Assembly (NCBI GenBank): GCA_002633005.1
Contig: NMRA01000556.1
Coordinates: 62,001 to 126,000, forward strand
Length of the DNA: 64,000 nucleotides
Source of the DNA: Phoronis australis
Taxonomy: Eukaryota; Animalia; Phoronida
Direction: 5' to 3'
Shown: positions 11,323-24,100 of the stretch, piece after piece
Layout: each line of letters starts with the position of its first letter
How positions within the stretch are numbered: the stretch's first letter is position 1
Position numbers and translations under genes: made by a program
The notes under the pieces: generated by a model
Database searches by the model: none
Told to the model about the DNA's origin: nothing
What the model saw: only the letters and a program-made list of their open reading frames with translations

Positions 11323-12092
11323 TAATAGAAAGCTTGGCCAGTGTTAAAAGCACGTGGCCAGGAAGTGCGCGCTACATCCATGAACCTGTCATCAAAGACA
11401 TTAGTCGGGAACTATCCATTCATGAAACGGGTAGCATAGCATCGGCAAGAAATGAATATTGGCACTAATTTCCGACAGTTTCTAATACTATAAAAAATGT
11501 TTGCGTTATTTTTAAGATGAATTGTTTGATTAACCATAATCGGTGTTTTTAAGCCAAATATCCGTTAAAATGACCACTGACAGTGAATGCACCCTTACAC
11601 CGAAAAATAACTGTCAGATAGTCATGTACGCTGCATCCAGCCACACGGCGACTACTAATGCGCTCGCTTACTCACAAACGCAGACAATTTTGAAACAAAC
11701 GTCACGTGACAACAACATGACTGTGTGTTCGTCCAGACATTTTTCTCATGTTGCCGATCATACATGTAGATGGCACGATTTAGAGCACAGATTTGTACTT
11801 AAACATGCCGTGTTCCCGACTCCAGGGGAACTTAAAAATCTGAGGGACGCTACTTGGAAAACTTAAGGAGGATTTCAGGTAATTTGCTTGAGTCAAAACT
11901 GTATTTTTATTTAAGCATTCAAATCGCCATCTCGACGATTGCGAGGCAGGCAATCGGCGAGTTTTCGCCCAGGGATTTCAGCATAATTTTCTGTAACATG
12001 ATCATAATTTAGCAGCAAAGTTTGATAGCAATGCACCACGGTTTTGTAGAAAGTCTTTCATATATTACAGATACGTCACTGAGGGTAAATAT

Positions 12093-12592
12093 CAAGGCTT
12101 GGAATTTTCCGCGGAAACGCGGATTTCCGCTTTTTTCAAATGTTCTGTCCGCGCATTTTATTATATTTCCGCGTAAAAGAATCGGATTTGATATAAAATT
12201 TCCGCGACAAAATTCCTTTCTTACTGTGGCGTTGCCGACGACGTTCACCTCGAAAAGCGAAAGTTGTTCTTTATGTTTCCGAGGAACGTAAATTGTTAAC
12301 ATTGCCGGGGCATCTGGGATAGCGTGGTGGGATTTTCAATGGCGTCACGTGTGATTGTAAACCGCGGTGACAAGTACTACTGCTCTTGCAGCCAAAAATG
12401 TGTGGGGGTGGGAGTGGACGGACGATATAAAAAGACGCAGACGCATGCTACTGATGGTGGTAACTTTTTTTTTTAGTCCTCGAGATTTTTGTCGGCGAAA
12501 AGTTCACATCGACTATTTCAAGGCTGGGTAGCGCGCATGTTTTGGGCCATAAAAGTTTCCGCGAGTTTTGTCATAGGTCATTCCAAGCCCTG
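12093..12592. mobile_element. CA-ended hAT-like MITE (500 bp) with a 6-bp TSD, nested in the pogo-like element
   Basis: TIR CA(A/G)GGCTTGGAAT. AAATAT is duplicated at 12087-12092 and 12593-12598. The sister copy at about 20915-20935 shows the empty site. Confidence 0.8.
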
Positions 12593-12853
12593 AAATATGA
12601 TGAATCTTAGCATCCGATTTCACCCGTTTCGGAGACCGGGTTGCAACGGCTTTGGGTTATAATAAGCGCCCCCCTGAAACGAACTTTTCTAAGCACCCTG
12701 GGTGGTTATTACGGCAAATACGGTAAGTGGTTATTACTGGCTTGTGTAACATGTGTCTAACCATTGTAGTGTTGTGTTAAACACAAGATAATCGGGTTGT
12801 TCTGTTGGAGTCAGTGTTTAATGTATTTATTGCACCAAATGCTACATGACTAA

Positions 12854-13252
12854 AGTACCGTTTGCACTACAAAAGTTGACCCAGATCAGCTGTGTGTAAA
12901 CGTGACTGAACTGGTGCCAATTGACACCGCAGTGACAACTTTTGCCACCGGTTTTGTGAGGTAGAGCAATTTGCGTTAGACCATCTTGCTGCGTGTCAAT
13001 TTGTCGAAATGCGAAACTGGGGCAAGGCGGAAAGGATCATTGCTTACTGCGCTTGTGCAATGACCAAAATACAGGTTCTCTGTCCCTTCAACTCCTTTCA
13101 TTTGTAAACCTGCGCACGTGTGATCCATTCTCCAGCCTACAGTTTCCTTCTTGCCGCAGTTAGTGAGTTGTGTGTGTAAACGGACGCTTGACACCGATCA
13201 ATTTGCTCCATGTCAGTTGCGTCGGGCCAAAAGTTGATGTCTAAACGGGACT
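12854..13252. mobile_element. PIF/Harbinger-like MITE
   Basis: TAA on both sides (12851-12853, 13253-13255). TIR AGT(A/C)CCGTTT. Internal TGTGTGTAAACG repeats. Confidence 0.6.
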
Positions 13253-16200
13253 TAAATAGAAAACATTTTGCAAACCACTGTTTAGCATTGCTATAGAGAA
13301 ATTAGACGTTCTACTAGAAATAACCAAGAATTAAAGCACGTAGCTCGTGTGGCGCCATCTTGTTGTGTGGAAGTTCACTTGGTAAACAAACCAGCGTGGT
13401 CGTAGGTGGATATGAGGGACCTTCCTATGTTAAATGCAAAATACTGATATATAGAGACAAATAAAACAAAAATACATAGCAATGTAAATAGAATACTTAA
13501 AATAATGACTTAGGAGTATTTTCATTTTAATTTGAAAATTCTCGGAAATGATATCAATGTATAAAGATTACGAAAATATAAGCATTTTTGTTCCTGCATC
13601 ATTAAAATCGACCCAACGAATTCAAAGTTGAACCTGTTAGTCCACTGGCTTGCAAGGTCTGTAACACTCAGTTCCACCCTACTATGCATACAAAGTTACA
13701 TGATACCAAATCTCTGTCTTTATGTCCATAATTGTGAGAGCGGTGAATTTTCTTTTGCTTGAACCAATATCCAAGACTGCCATGCGGGATGATTGGGTTC
13801 ATAGGGATGATATAAATTTCTTTCATTCATAGAGATTTTAAGATGTCGGACAGTTTTGTGTGAACGTTTGAATGCCCCACAGCAGATCTGTGGTAACTTG
13901 AGGTTCAATAGGATCTCAAAGCATTTGAAAATAACTAGAAATATCACACTGCATTAAAGTGTTACTGGACGTGCACAACGCCGTCTTCAATTGCCCTGTT
14001 GCCATCTTGTGACAAGGTGTGTTTCATCTTGTCACTGCTTAGCATAACACTCTGTTCACCATGTGCTTGTTTTTATTGATAGCTGTTAGCACACGTGAAA
14101 ATACTACTTTCATCCCTTCCTTTGTATTTAGCTTGCTTATACCTTGCTCTCCTGCTGAAGTGGAACAGCCCACCTAGCCAGTTTACCATTCCCTGACACC
14201 CCTTGCCACGGCCATGAGACAGTCCACAAAAATGAATGAGTGCTTGCCCCTGTAGAATTCCTGCCTTGACTCTCTTTGTCATGATTGGCTCTCTCTTCTA
14301 ACTTGCATTCCTGCAATACTATATAAAACATGATTTCTCACAAAAATGCAAATGCTTCTCTGTAATACTTAGGCATAACTTTTTAAATTGCAACTCGGAT
14401 TTTTCTCAAGCCCCAGGCTTCCTGAGTGTTCTGCTACTGGTGAGACTGATTTGCATGTTTATTATTTCTGCTTTGACTTTTAAAAGATATCTTTGCTTAG
14501 AATTTTCGGATGGCAAACATATTTGGAATGTTTGCTAGCTGGCTAGGATTTGCAAATTTGCATATAAGTGCATTTTAGTTTTTTAGCCGAGTCTGGTGTC
14601 CTATGATGCACTGGACAACTAGGTGTAATGCTGCTGTGACTTTGTCACAGTTAAAACGCCTCAACACTTAGATTATTATAAGTCTGCTGTTAGGCCTTGT
14701 GGGTCATGCAGCTGAAATGTTTTAACAGTTTTGGATTGAGGTATTGGACTGGGTCCTTGTGACAGGATATCATTTCAGTGAGCTTTGCAGTTGTAGGAAA
14801 CATTTGTTTACAAGAATTGAGTTGTGATATATTTTCCACCTGCAAAATGTATTTGAAACTTTCAAAAAATTGTGTTTTAGATTGTTAATTTATGGTGAAA
14901 AGTTTTCTTAACTTTGGACAACGATACATGTCTTTATTAAAGTAAAATTTCTTTTTAATTTATGGCAATGTTTAGAACTTCATTGTGGTAACGTGTCGTC
15001 AATTTCAGACAAAAATATTGCCAAATTTGCCCTTTTATACTTTTCCAGGTCTTGCAACATTGTTGTGAATACCCACTAATAATGAAGCCAGATTTGCATA
15101 GCGCAGTGAATTACTATACACTTGAAAAATTATAACCTAGCTGGACCTGGTCAATTGTAATCCTTCAATGGGTGCATAATATGTGTTAGGAACAACGATT
15201 TATCCAAACACGTAAAAACTTTTTAAACATTTCTAGTGCTAAGTTTCCCCCATAGTTGTAAAACATGAATCACAAAAAAACTCTCAAGACCTGAAATTTT
15301 TTTGAAAATTTGGTGTGACTACAAATCTGTTCGTGTTTTGTGTCTATCTCATGTCGTATTTGTGCCAGGTACGTCACCACGAAACATTAGAATTATTCAC
15401 AACAATTAACTACTCATAATACTGTTGTTTTCCTTCCTCACTGGGTTTGTGAAATTAATTAGTAGCTATGGGGAATTATCATGTTTTCACTTAAGGGTTG
15501 CTTAAATCATGCTCCCTGTTGTGTTAATGCCACCCGTGGTGAAGACGTCATTAACTCCCAGAAAGCACCATAGGTCCATTCTGGCAGTTAACGGCTTCCT
15601 CATTTCCAAGGTCAACTGGGCAAACTTAGGGGAGGTGTGATGTCTGAAGTTTGCCCCAGTGTGTAGCGGTCCAAAGTGAGGTCCTTAAGGCCAGTGTTTC
15701 GACACATCCGTGGGCGCTGTTGTAATGAAATAATCTCTATCCTGTCCTTTGTATTGTGTTTGGATTGCGCTGGTGCGGATATGGAACCATCGCCCATTTT
15801 GTCACGTAACCTAATTTATTAGCCATTATTGGCAACAGAAAATTCAAAATCGATGTGAATAATTTTTTGTGCTTGTTAGAAAGTCCATACTGTGAGAAGG
15901 TTGTGTCTTTTAAGAGACTTAGAAGTTTTAAAATGCATTTTGCTGATGTGAAAAGTAAAAAAAATTCTAATTTACTCAAACTTGTATTAATTTTCTAATT
16001 CCAGGCACGTAGGGCAAAATTCAAACTCATTGGTGCAATGAATCAAAAGAGGTTGTTTAGAATATTGTTAAAGGGTCATTGTCAGCCTCCTTGTGAAATC
16101 TAACCAGGAACGCCCCACGGTCACAATATAAGTCTCTGCTTTTATAGCTATACCATCTCAATAAATGGCAGAGTTGTTAAAGTGTATTGAAGTGGTAATA

Positions 16201-19200
16201 TATTTCAACTAACGTCTGGCAGACAACGGCAAGATTTGGTGATTTGTAATAAAATTACAAAAACATCTGATTTTGTTATTTGGTAGTTCTGGTCAAAGCT
16301 AATAATTTCAAGAAGTCTATCCCATGTTACACTTAATCCCAAAAATACATTTTTCATCCATGAAGCCTGGTGGTGTCCTGTTGTCACCATAGTAATCCAG
16401 ATTACAGCATTGGTGGGTTACACTTTGCCTGTGTGAATAATCATGGTTGATAATGATCTGAAGTTTGTTTCTTGGTGTCTTTAGAGGTGGCATTCTGTTG
16501 ATCCTCGAATCATACCAATTATGTAGTAGTGTTTTCATAATCAACCAGATGGCAGTAGTGACCAGGTCATCGCTGCCGGCGTGTGCAGTCACTGATAGTT
16601 CCTACTCTTCAAAGAGAGCTTCAGAACCTAGAAAGTGGGTAAATGATGACCGTGCATGGTTGGCCAACGTAGACAATTCATGAAAAACTCATTCGAAGAA
16701 TTAAAAAGCGTGATCATGCATTTAGAAAAAGGGACTTTGCCAGAAATACAAGATTGAGATTATTGCTGGATATGATGACTTGTTGAAGTTAATTACCTTA
16801 AACCTGAGCTATAACACTACAGATGTTTTGTGGTCTATCTGCCATTTGTTAAAAACAAGGCCGAATGCTATATACGTAAACTGCGTTTGTCCATGACGAC
16901 TGAAATTGCGAGTTAAATTCTACGTTAGGACTGATTTCACAAACAAACGTTTCAATCGTGCCTACGTAATGTCAATTTAACAAAAAAATAACTTGTGGCA
17001 ACTTATGTGCTAAAAAATGTGTGGCAAATGGAAATTTCTCGAGGGAAATGATATCACAGCAGGGAACAACATTATTCATGCTCACTGCGGATGTCCCCTG
17101 TTACATCCCTCAATGGAAAGGTACGAGACCCACCTGGTTTTACCCATGACAGTACGTAAGATTATGTTCATCCTCTTTTACACTGTCATTAAGTTGACAA
17201 GCTTGAAGAACACCCCCAACAAAGTGACTTTTAGATTAATGACTTGGAACTGGGTTTTAATTAACTTGTTTCTTGGCCCTGGAGTCCAAACATCTCTGGT
17301 GTTCTTGACCAGATCCCTCATTATCATAATGAGATATACAAATGAAATTTGTTGAGATAATACAAAGATTTTGTAAACAGGGTGTTGCATATTTGACCTT
17401 AATGGAACTTTGCATTTAGGGTTGATACCTGAATAACCCTGCCGGTTTCGTATGTTATTTGTTGCATTGTTTTTGCTAGAAATTTTATTTCAGTTGCAAT
17501 TTGTTTCGTTCTGCCCCTTGTAATTAATACCGGTTCTTTTTCTACATGTATGTCATTGGCTATTGCAGATATGGTTTGTGTTATTGTTTATTTTACGAAG
17601 GAGTCGCATAACACAAAGGCTTATTTGCAATATAAATTTTGAGTATCCTAGTCATTCTGCTGCTGTCATTCTCAAAGGTGCGCTGATTGCACTGGTGAAT
17701 GTTTTCATTATAGGATCTCGCCTGAATCTGGAGATCCCTGGCAGTGAAGTTTACCTTTACAATAGACATTTCAAATAACTCATGCAAAGGATTGCATCAT
17801 GTCACTTTTGGCTGGGATTAAACCACCCTGTTAATAACTATACTGGGGGTAAACAAATCCAATTTGGAACAGTCTCTATAAAGTTTGGGACTTAGAAACT
17901 CCTGGAAAAATTGAATGTTTTTTATCCTGGGTATTGGGACAAGGGTTATTTGGGTGTTCACCATATTTCTCAATTTTTTTGACAATGAGGGCACCCAGCA
18001 ATGAAGCTCACATCTTGCTTCTGCAATCACTTCAGTCAAGGAAGCATTATGTCATACTTTGTAACTCAATCCGTAAGTAAATATTTACTATGATATGTAC
18101 TATTGACTTTCATTTTTTCTCGGATTGTAAAATGACACAAACAATTTTGGATCATATCTTTTTTGACAAAAGATTGCCGAACAATACAATAATTGATTTC
18201 AGCGTTTACTTCACTCCTCCCATTTATTGCCCACGCTTGTCATGAAGGGAAAGCAACCATTTTTTAATGTTTGATATATATACAGATATATATACACATC
18301 CCTGTTCATCTCGGAAATGCATGAACTTTTTCCCTGTGTGTATATTTCGTATCAAACAATAGAAGTTGTTCACCTTGTGTTATTCTCCTCATTCCTCCCT
18401 GCTATTTACTGGTACCTCAACAGTACCCTCCACCAACATGATGTATTGTGTTGTTTACTGGATTACTGATATACCAAGAAATAACATCAAGTGCTTGTTG
18501 TCTTGCGCAACCTCCCACCAAGCGCTATCAGTGCCAATGACTTGGCTGGAATTTTATTTACAGGTTGTGGTACCTGTTGAAACTGCCGTTACTATGGAGT
18601 TTAACCAGTACTTCTTAGTAATACATTGTACTGAACCCTGTAAACCGCAGAATCCAAGTGTTTCCTTCTTTTGTTTGACATTTTCTAGTGGGCAAGATTT
18701 GGAAAATATTTTCCAGGGTTGACTTAGCTCCTGGTATAATTATATGACCTGTTTTCGCAAATAGTTTTTCAAACATGTATTTGAATTATTGGAATGTATG
18801 TCCAAGGTGACCTTAGCTCCTGGTTCCACCAGTTCAACTTTTACAGTATGTCACGAATCACAGTGCTTTCCTATACATCTCTATTGATGTGGGTATATTC
18901 AATCGCTTACCGAGACCTCTCTTCTATTTGAGACCTAAACTAAGGAGGTCGTAGACCTGGGACTCTGTCTTTTCTGGGATTTTGTCTCTGTTGAGCGCAG
19001 TTTTATTGATTTGCCGAAAATCTTTGATTGTCATTAGCTCCCATGCCAGAACCTTCGAGAAGCCCACTTCGTGAATGCTACAGCGCCATCACTGATTCTA
19101 CATCCGTTCGCGGGACACACGTCCCACTGCTCGATTTCAAAGATGAGTCTTATATTTGGTTAACATATTTTTAAGCCTACCTGGACCTGGCACAATAACA

Positions 19201-20407
19201 TCGGTCATTTTCGCTGCTATAGTTCTTTTCAGTGACCAAAATGTTTCCCAGGGTCTTCTTAAGTGTGCTTGTTTTGGCAATTGCAGCCAACTTCAATTAT
19301 TACAACACCAGGAGATAGGTTGAAGTTGGAAAACAATTTTCCAAGACCAACCTGTCCCCTGGTACATGTTTGGCATATTGCGGTGCCAGATCAGCACTGC
19401 CAGGCAGAAATGTCTTTGAAGACATAATTAGGTCAAGCCTGTCAGTTCTGTCCAGTCAGGCCAAGTGCCACACTAAGTCTTGATTCTACTTCTGGTTCCC
19501 ATTAAGCCAGTTGTTATGATCCCCAGCTTTACATAGCTGAGGGAATGTCTGCACCTGTATGATATTTAGCTGGAGTTTCTTCAGGCTATTGTCTTCAGTA
19601 TAGTTGAAAGAATTTGGATTGTTTTTGTTGATTTTGACATGATTGATTTGTGAACACAGTCATTTTGGTTAGATATCTGGTGATGGCTTTGGTGAATATT
19701 AAACTTTTAAATTTTGATTTTAAGTTTTACTGTTGAGATTAGTTAAATCACAATAATGGCCACACCCCCTAAGTCGTGTCAAGAGAGATCCCCCACACTG
19801 TGTCTAGTTTATGTGAGTTGCTTTTACATAATTATATCACCATTTCAATAACAGTAATCATCTGCTTGTTATTCATTTCACCCAACAAAGCTTCTGAAGC
19901 TAAGTCGTTTCTGGGTGTTAATAACCAACAAACAAAGGGATGGCATAAGAATTGTCATTAGTCTTCTCGGCTTCTAATAGCCGACTTTTCATATTGGTTC
20001 TCACTACAGTAATGAGAATGCGAAAGCGACTTCCGTTTTATCCCAACTCAGATTTGGCGGAAGGAAATTCGGTTACTACATAGTGATTCATTTATGTAAA
20101 AACAGGAATATATCCCACTGTTTTCATCTTCCATTATTTGATTAGGTTGAGTTCAATAATTTGTTTTAACTGTTTGACTTTGGCTGGGATTGAAATTCTC
20201 TCGCTTTTATCAGTGGCATTAGCCATGTTTGCAGGACACGAAATCTTTTTGCTGTCTGTGTATGGAACACAAGGTCCTGGTTCATCCATTTAGATTTCTA
20301 AAAGTTCGCCTTTTTCACAAGGCGTCTGTACATCACAAAGCACAGCAGTGGAAATTTGACTGCATTATAATAGCAGGAATGGGGTTAAAATGATGGTTAT
20401 ACAAATA

Positions 20408-21172
20408 CTGTATTGCACCCTAATGAGTGCTCATGCTCGTATGAGCACCCCCCACGCATTTTTAGACTTTGCTAAAATAAGCGCCCACCCCATGAACGTG
20501 TATACATGCGAAAAATGCCTTACCTACAGTTCTAAAATTCTACAGTTATGTTTTCAATTCATCAATGATATCCGACAGTCCTGACAAAATCGTTCTGCGC
20601 GAAATTGCTAGACCACGAGCCTCGCTGCTATGTCTGTATTAGATAGCTGAGACTATATACTTCAAACTTCCGCAGTGTTTCAAAAAGATCGCAAAACTTT
20701 TGCTGATCTTGCGAGGAACGTGTCCCACCATGGTCAGGCCTTTCAGAACAGACGCAATGTACTCGTCTATGGGGTTGTATCTTTCCCGGCGAGTTTTCGC
20801 CCTGGGATTTCTACATAATTTTCTGAAAAAGGATCGTAATTTAACAACGAAATTTGATAGCAATGCACCACAATTTTGTGGAAAGTCTGTCATAGCTTAC
20901 AGATATGTTGCAGAACATAAATTTGATGAATCCTAGCTTCCGAATTCACCCGTTTTGGCTATAATGAGTGCTCCTCTCCCGAAACGAATTCTTCCAAGCA
21001 TCCTAGATGCTTTTTAGGGCAAATACCAGTGGCTGATTTAGAGGGGGTCATGGCCCTCCTAAAATTCTCCATTTGGTAGTTCGGAAGTGCGAATGCCTGA
21101 TGTGCAAAATCCTGGCTAATATGATGCCATGGTCCCCCTTACTCCAAGTCGTGGATCTGCCCCTCAATACTG
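20408..21172 (-). mobile_element. Internally deleted copy of the HIRAN-carrying pogo-like element
   Basis: TA at 20406-20407 and 21173-21174. Aligns to both ends of 10884-12723. The minus frame reads ERYNPIDEYIASVLKGLTMVGHVPRKISKSFAIFLKHCGSLKYIVS. Confidence 0.8.
21027..21165. mobile_element. hAT-like MITE with a 5-bp TSD, inserted in the right TIR of the pogo-like copy
   Basis: CAGTGGCTGATTT ... GGATCTGCCCCTC. AATAC is duplicated at 21022-21026 and 21166-21170. It is a reverse-complement relative of 49580-49740. Confidence 0.7.
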
Positions 21173-24100
21173 TAGGTTGAAACCTCACTTCCACATGGGA
21201 TCAGTAGGTGGTGCTGAACGCCTGTCCACCAACGATCTCATTGCCGTCTGGCGGGGTAATGCATTTCAGTATGGCACTCTATTTTGAAAGTCAGCTATTA
21301 AAAGGATTGATGACTGCTTCGTTTTGACCCTTTCATAATATAGTTAAGGTCAAGGCCTTGAGGTTTTGGTAAGTTGTGGTTAAGCTTCAGTCCTGGATTG
21401 AACTTACCAGCGCCAATCAAGTGTGCACTAACACTGGTGGATTTAATGGCACCGTGGTGGGAGGTCAATTTTGATTTTGTCGAAGTTATCAAAAAGGGCC
21501 ACCGCCATCATGATCATGATAACTTCAATGACGACAGCATCACCTACCATTTATTTCGATATGTCCAGGTGGCAAGTTGCACCAGGGGGCTTTTTGTTCG
21601 TCTTCCTCAACAGAAATTCATATTTAAAACAAAAAACCAATAGCAAATTCACAGCATGAATAAAAAGGCATCATTGTGAGAGTCATAATGCCAGTTTATG
21701 CATTCAATTGCTCTTAAACACAGTGTTATCAACAAGTACAGTTTTGCTACTTGTGTATAATTTAGTTCATTTGCCTGTGCCTTTTGTCAAAAACTAAATT
21801 TTGATATTGGTCACCTTGCTCTTCAACTCAGCTCAGACTTTTCTCTGGGCTTGGGGAGAAATGACAGTCTGATTTCTTCAGACACTGCTCTTAACATTTT
21901 ATTAGCCTGATCTCGACCAATAACCAACTGTCACTTCACTGGAAACTTAGAAATCTCCTCAAATTTGCCTAGGGAACAACTGAGACCCACTTACAGTAAT
22001 AGTGGTAAGTGGCCAATATCAAAGCTTTTTGACAGAAAGCACAGGTTTAAATGTCGCGTTAAAATTCATAATAGCTCAGCTTGAGACTTTGAGTTAGTTG
22101 ACAAAATGCGAGGCATGTGTTTAGGATTGTTACTTTGTTTAAAACCTTGGAGAAGTTTACCAATATCATATAATGAATGCTGACACATCAAACCGTTGTA
22201 AGCTATTTTTGTTGAGATTTTATAAGTTTTCTCTGTGGGCAAAGATTCAAACACGTTTCTCAAATTATTTCTTATTAGAAATCGATTGAAACAATATATT
22301 ATTTTCACTCGTTTACCGCCATCATTTTCACAGTACAAGAATGTAAATATAGATCCTATACCACTTTGCATTACTATTTCAATCATTTGTCTTCAAAAGC
22401 AGTTAAAGCTTAAACTTTTCAAGCGTGACGCAAAATATTAAAACATGGTTCAGAGCTGACTGGAAGCTTTTCACCCATATCTCTAAAGATATCTGAACCC
22501 TGAGGTCCGAGCTTTAGCAACTTAAATGTCTCAAAATGTTTCAGACATGGTGCTGCGATATGTTTATAAATGTTAATAGAGTAGAATTTGGATAATTTAT
22601 GAAAAGTTCAAATGCATAGTATATCAGTCATAAGTTACCATAAACATTTGAGATAACGCCCCTGCTCACCTAAGCACCCATCCCATTCTTTTGACAGTTT
22701 TTGAATTAGCTGTATAATTTCAAGAATTTTCAATTAGTGCCTGCTGCCAGGACACCACCTGTATTTTGCTTCACCGATATTCTGAAAAGTAAGGTGCACT
22801 TTCAAATGTCAATAAGGGAGCAGCACTATGTCATAATACTTCAAGTCTTTTTGTTTCGTCCAAACTAATTACTGAATACATAAACAACATAAGCCGCAAA
22901 AAAATCTTGTGAAATTTTCACTGCATTGTTCCCACCCATCGATATGTTATTGGACCAGGGCATGCAACACCTCGGTTGTTGTGGAAGTTTTTTTATTCAT
23001 TAGAGATCTGCGAAATTTGAACTGCCAATGAAAGGAGGGAGTAGTGCTGTTGGTCGACGTTCACATGACAGGTCAATCCCACAAGTTTGCTGGGTATTTT
23101 TTTCTTTTCTCGAGTTGCACACTTAGCTATTCCAATACATGTGTCACTTAAGAGAGTGCCAATTCAACTTTCGCACCAACAAAACGCCTTGCGGCCAATT
23201 GTTTTAACATTGGGTGTGTAGACTTGAATTTCAAAGGTTATCTGGTTTAGCGACTATTTCGACTATTTAACTCAGGTTATACTCCTATATTTGGATAAGA
23301 GCACACTTCCAATATTTCTAAGTGCCCATTCCTGGTTAGACACCCCCTCCCCCATTTCTAGACTATCCAACTGATGTGTCCAAGGTGTTAACCCAAATGT
23401 TTAAGGTGGAATTGCAGAAGTCACCTTTGGTGTAGGAGCCATGTGTAAATCAATGTTCGAATAGTCTAGCAACAATGACAGAGTAGATTATTTAACACAG
23501 CACGTATCTGGTGCCAGCACTAGGTTGTAGTTTTGCTACTGGTACAGGGTCGGTCAATATAAATACTCCCACATGGTGAGTACGGCTTGTGCCAGGCGTC
23601 CCTCAGCACTGGGCCTAATTATCAGAAGATGAGGGTAAGAGATGCACCACTCAGCTCCCAGCACTATAAGTAGCCATGATACAAACACGCCAGATCTTTC
23701 CATGTGGTATTGGTCCATAGGTAAGTCAACCTATCAGCTGATTGGGTTTGCCAATGGGTAGTTACATGCTGTTGCAAGACATACACAGGAAGGCTTTTTC
23801 AATTTAGGACCCAATATCTGGCAAGAAAATGGAATTTTGCTTCTAGTTTTTTAAATTCATGTTACGTACTGTGTGCTGTCCAACTGTCATTGGTCAACGT
23901 GGTCTAGTTGTGACAATCTAGTTTGATTTTCTCAGTTAATTAGTTAATTTTTCAATGGTAAAGTTGAATAAGCTTTTTTAAATTAGTGTTTTGCTTTGGC
24001 TGGATTGGAGTCACAAGACTTGTGTCAGTCAGAGTTTGGGATTTCGCCCTAATGTAATGCCTCATGCATTTGCTGTTGTTTTTAACACAGTTTAATATGT

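Larger units (their letters stand above)
10884..12723 (-). mobile_element. Non-autonomous pogo/Tc1-like element (1840 bp) with a HIRAN-like ORF relic
   Basis: TA at 10882-10883 and 12724-12725. TIR CCGTATT(C/T)GCCGTAATAA. The interior is homologous to 20408-21172. Confidence 0.85.
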
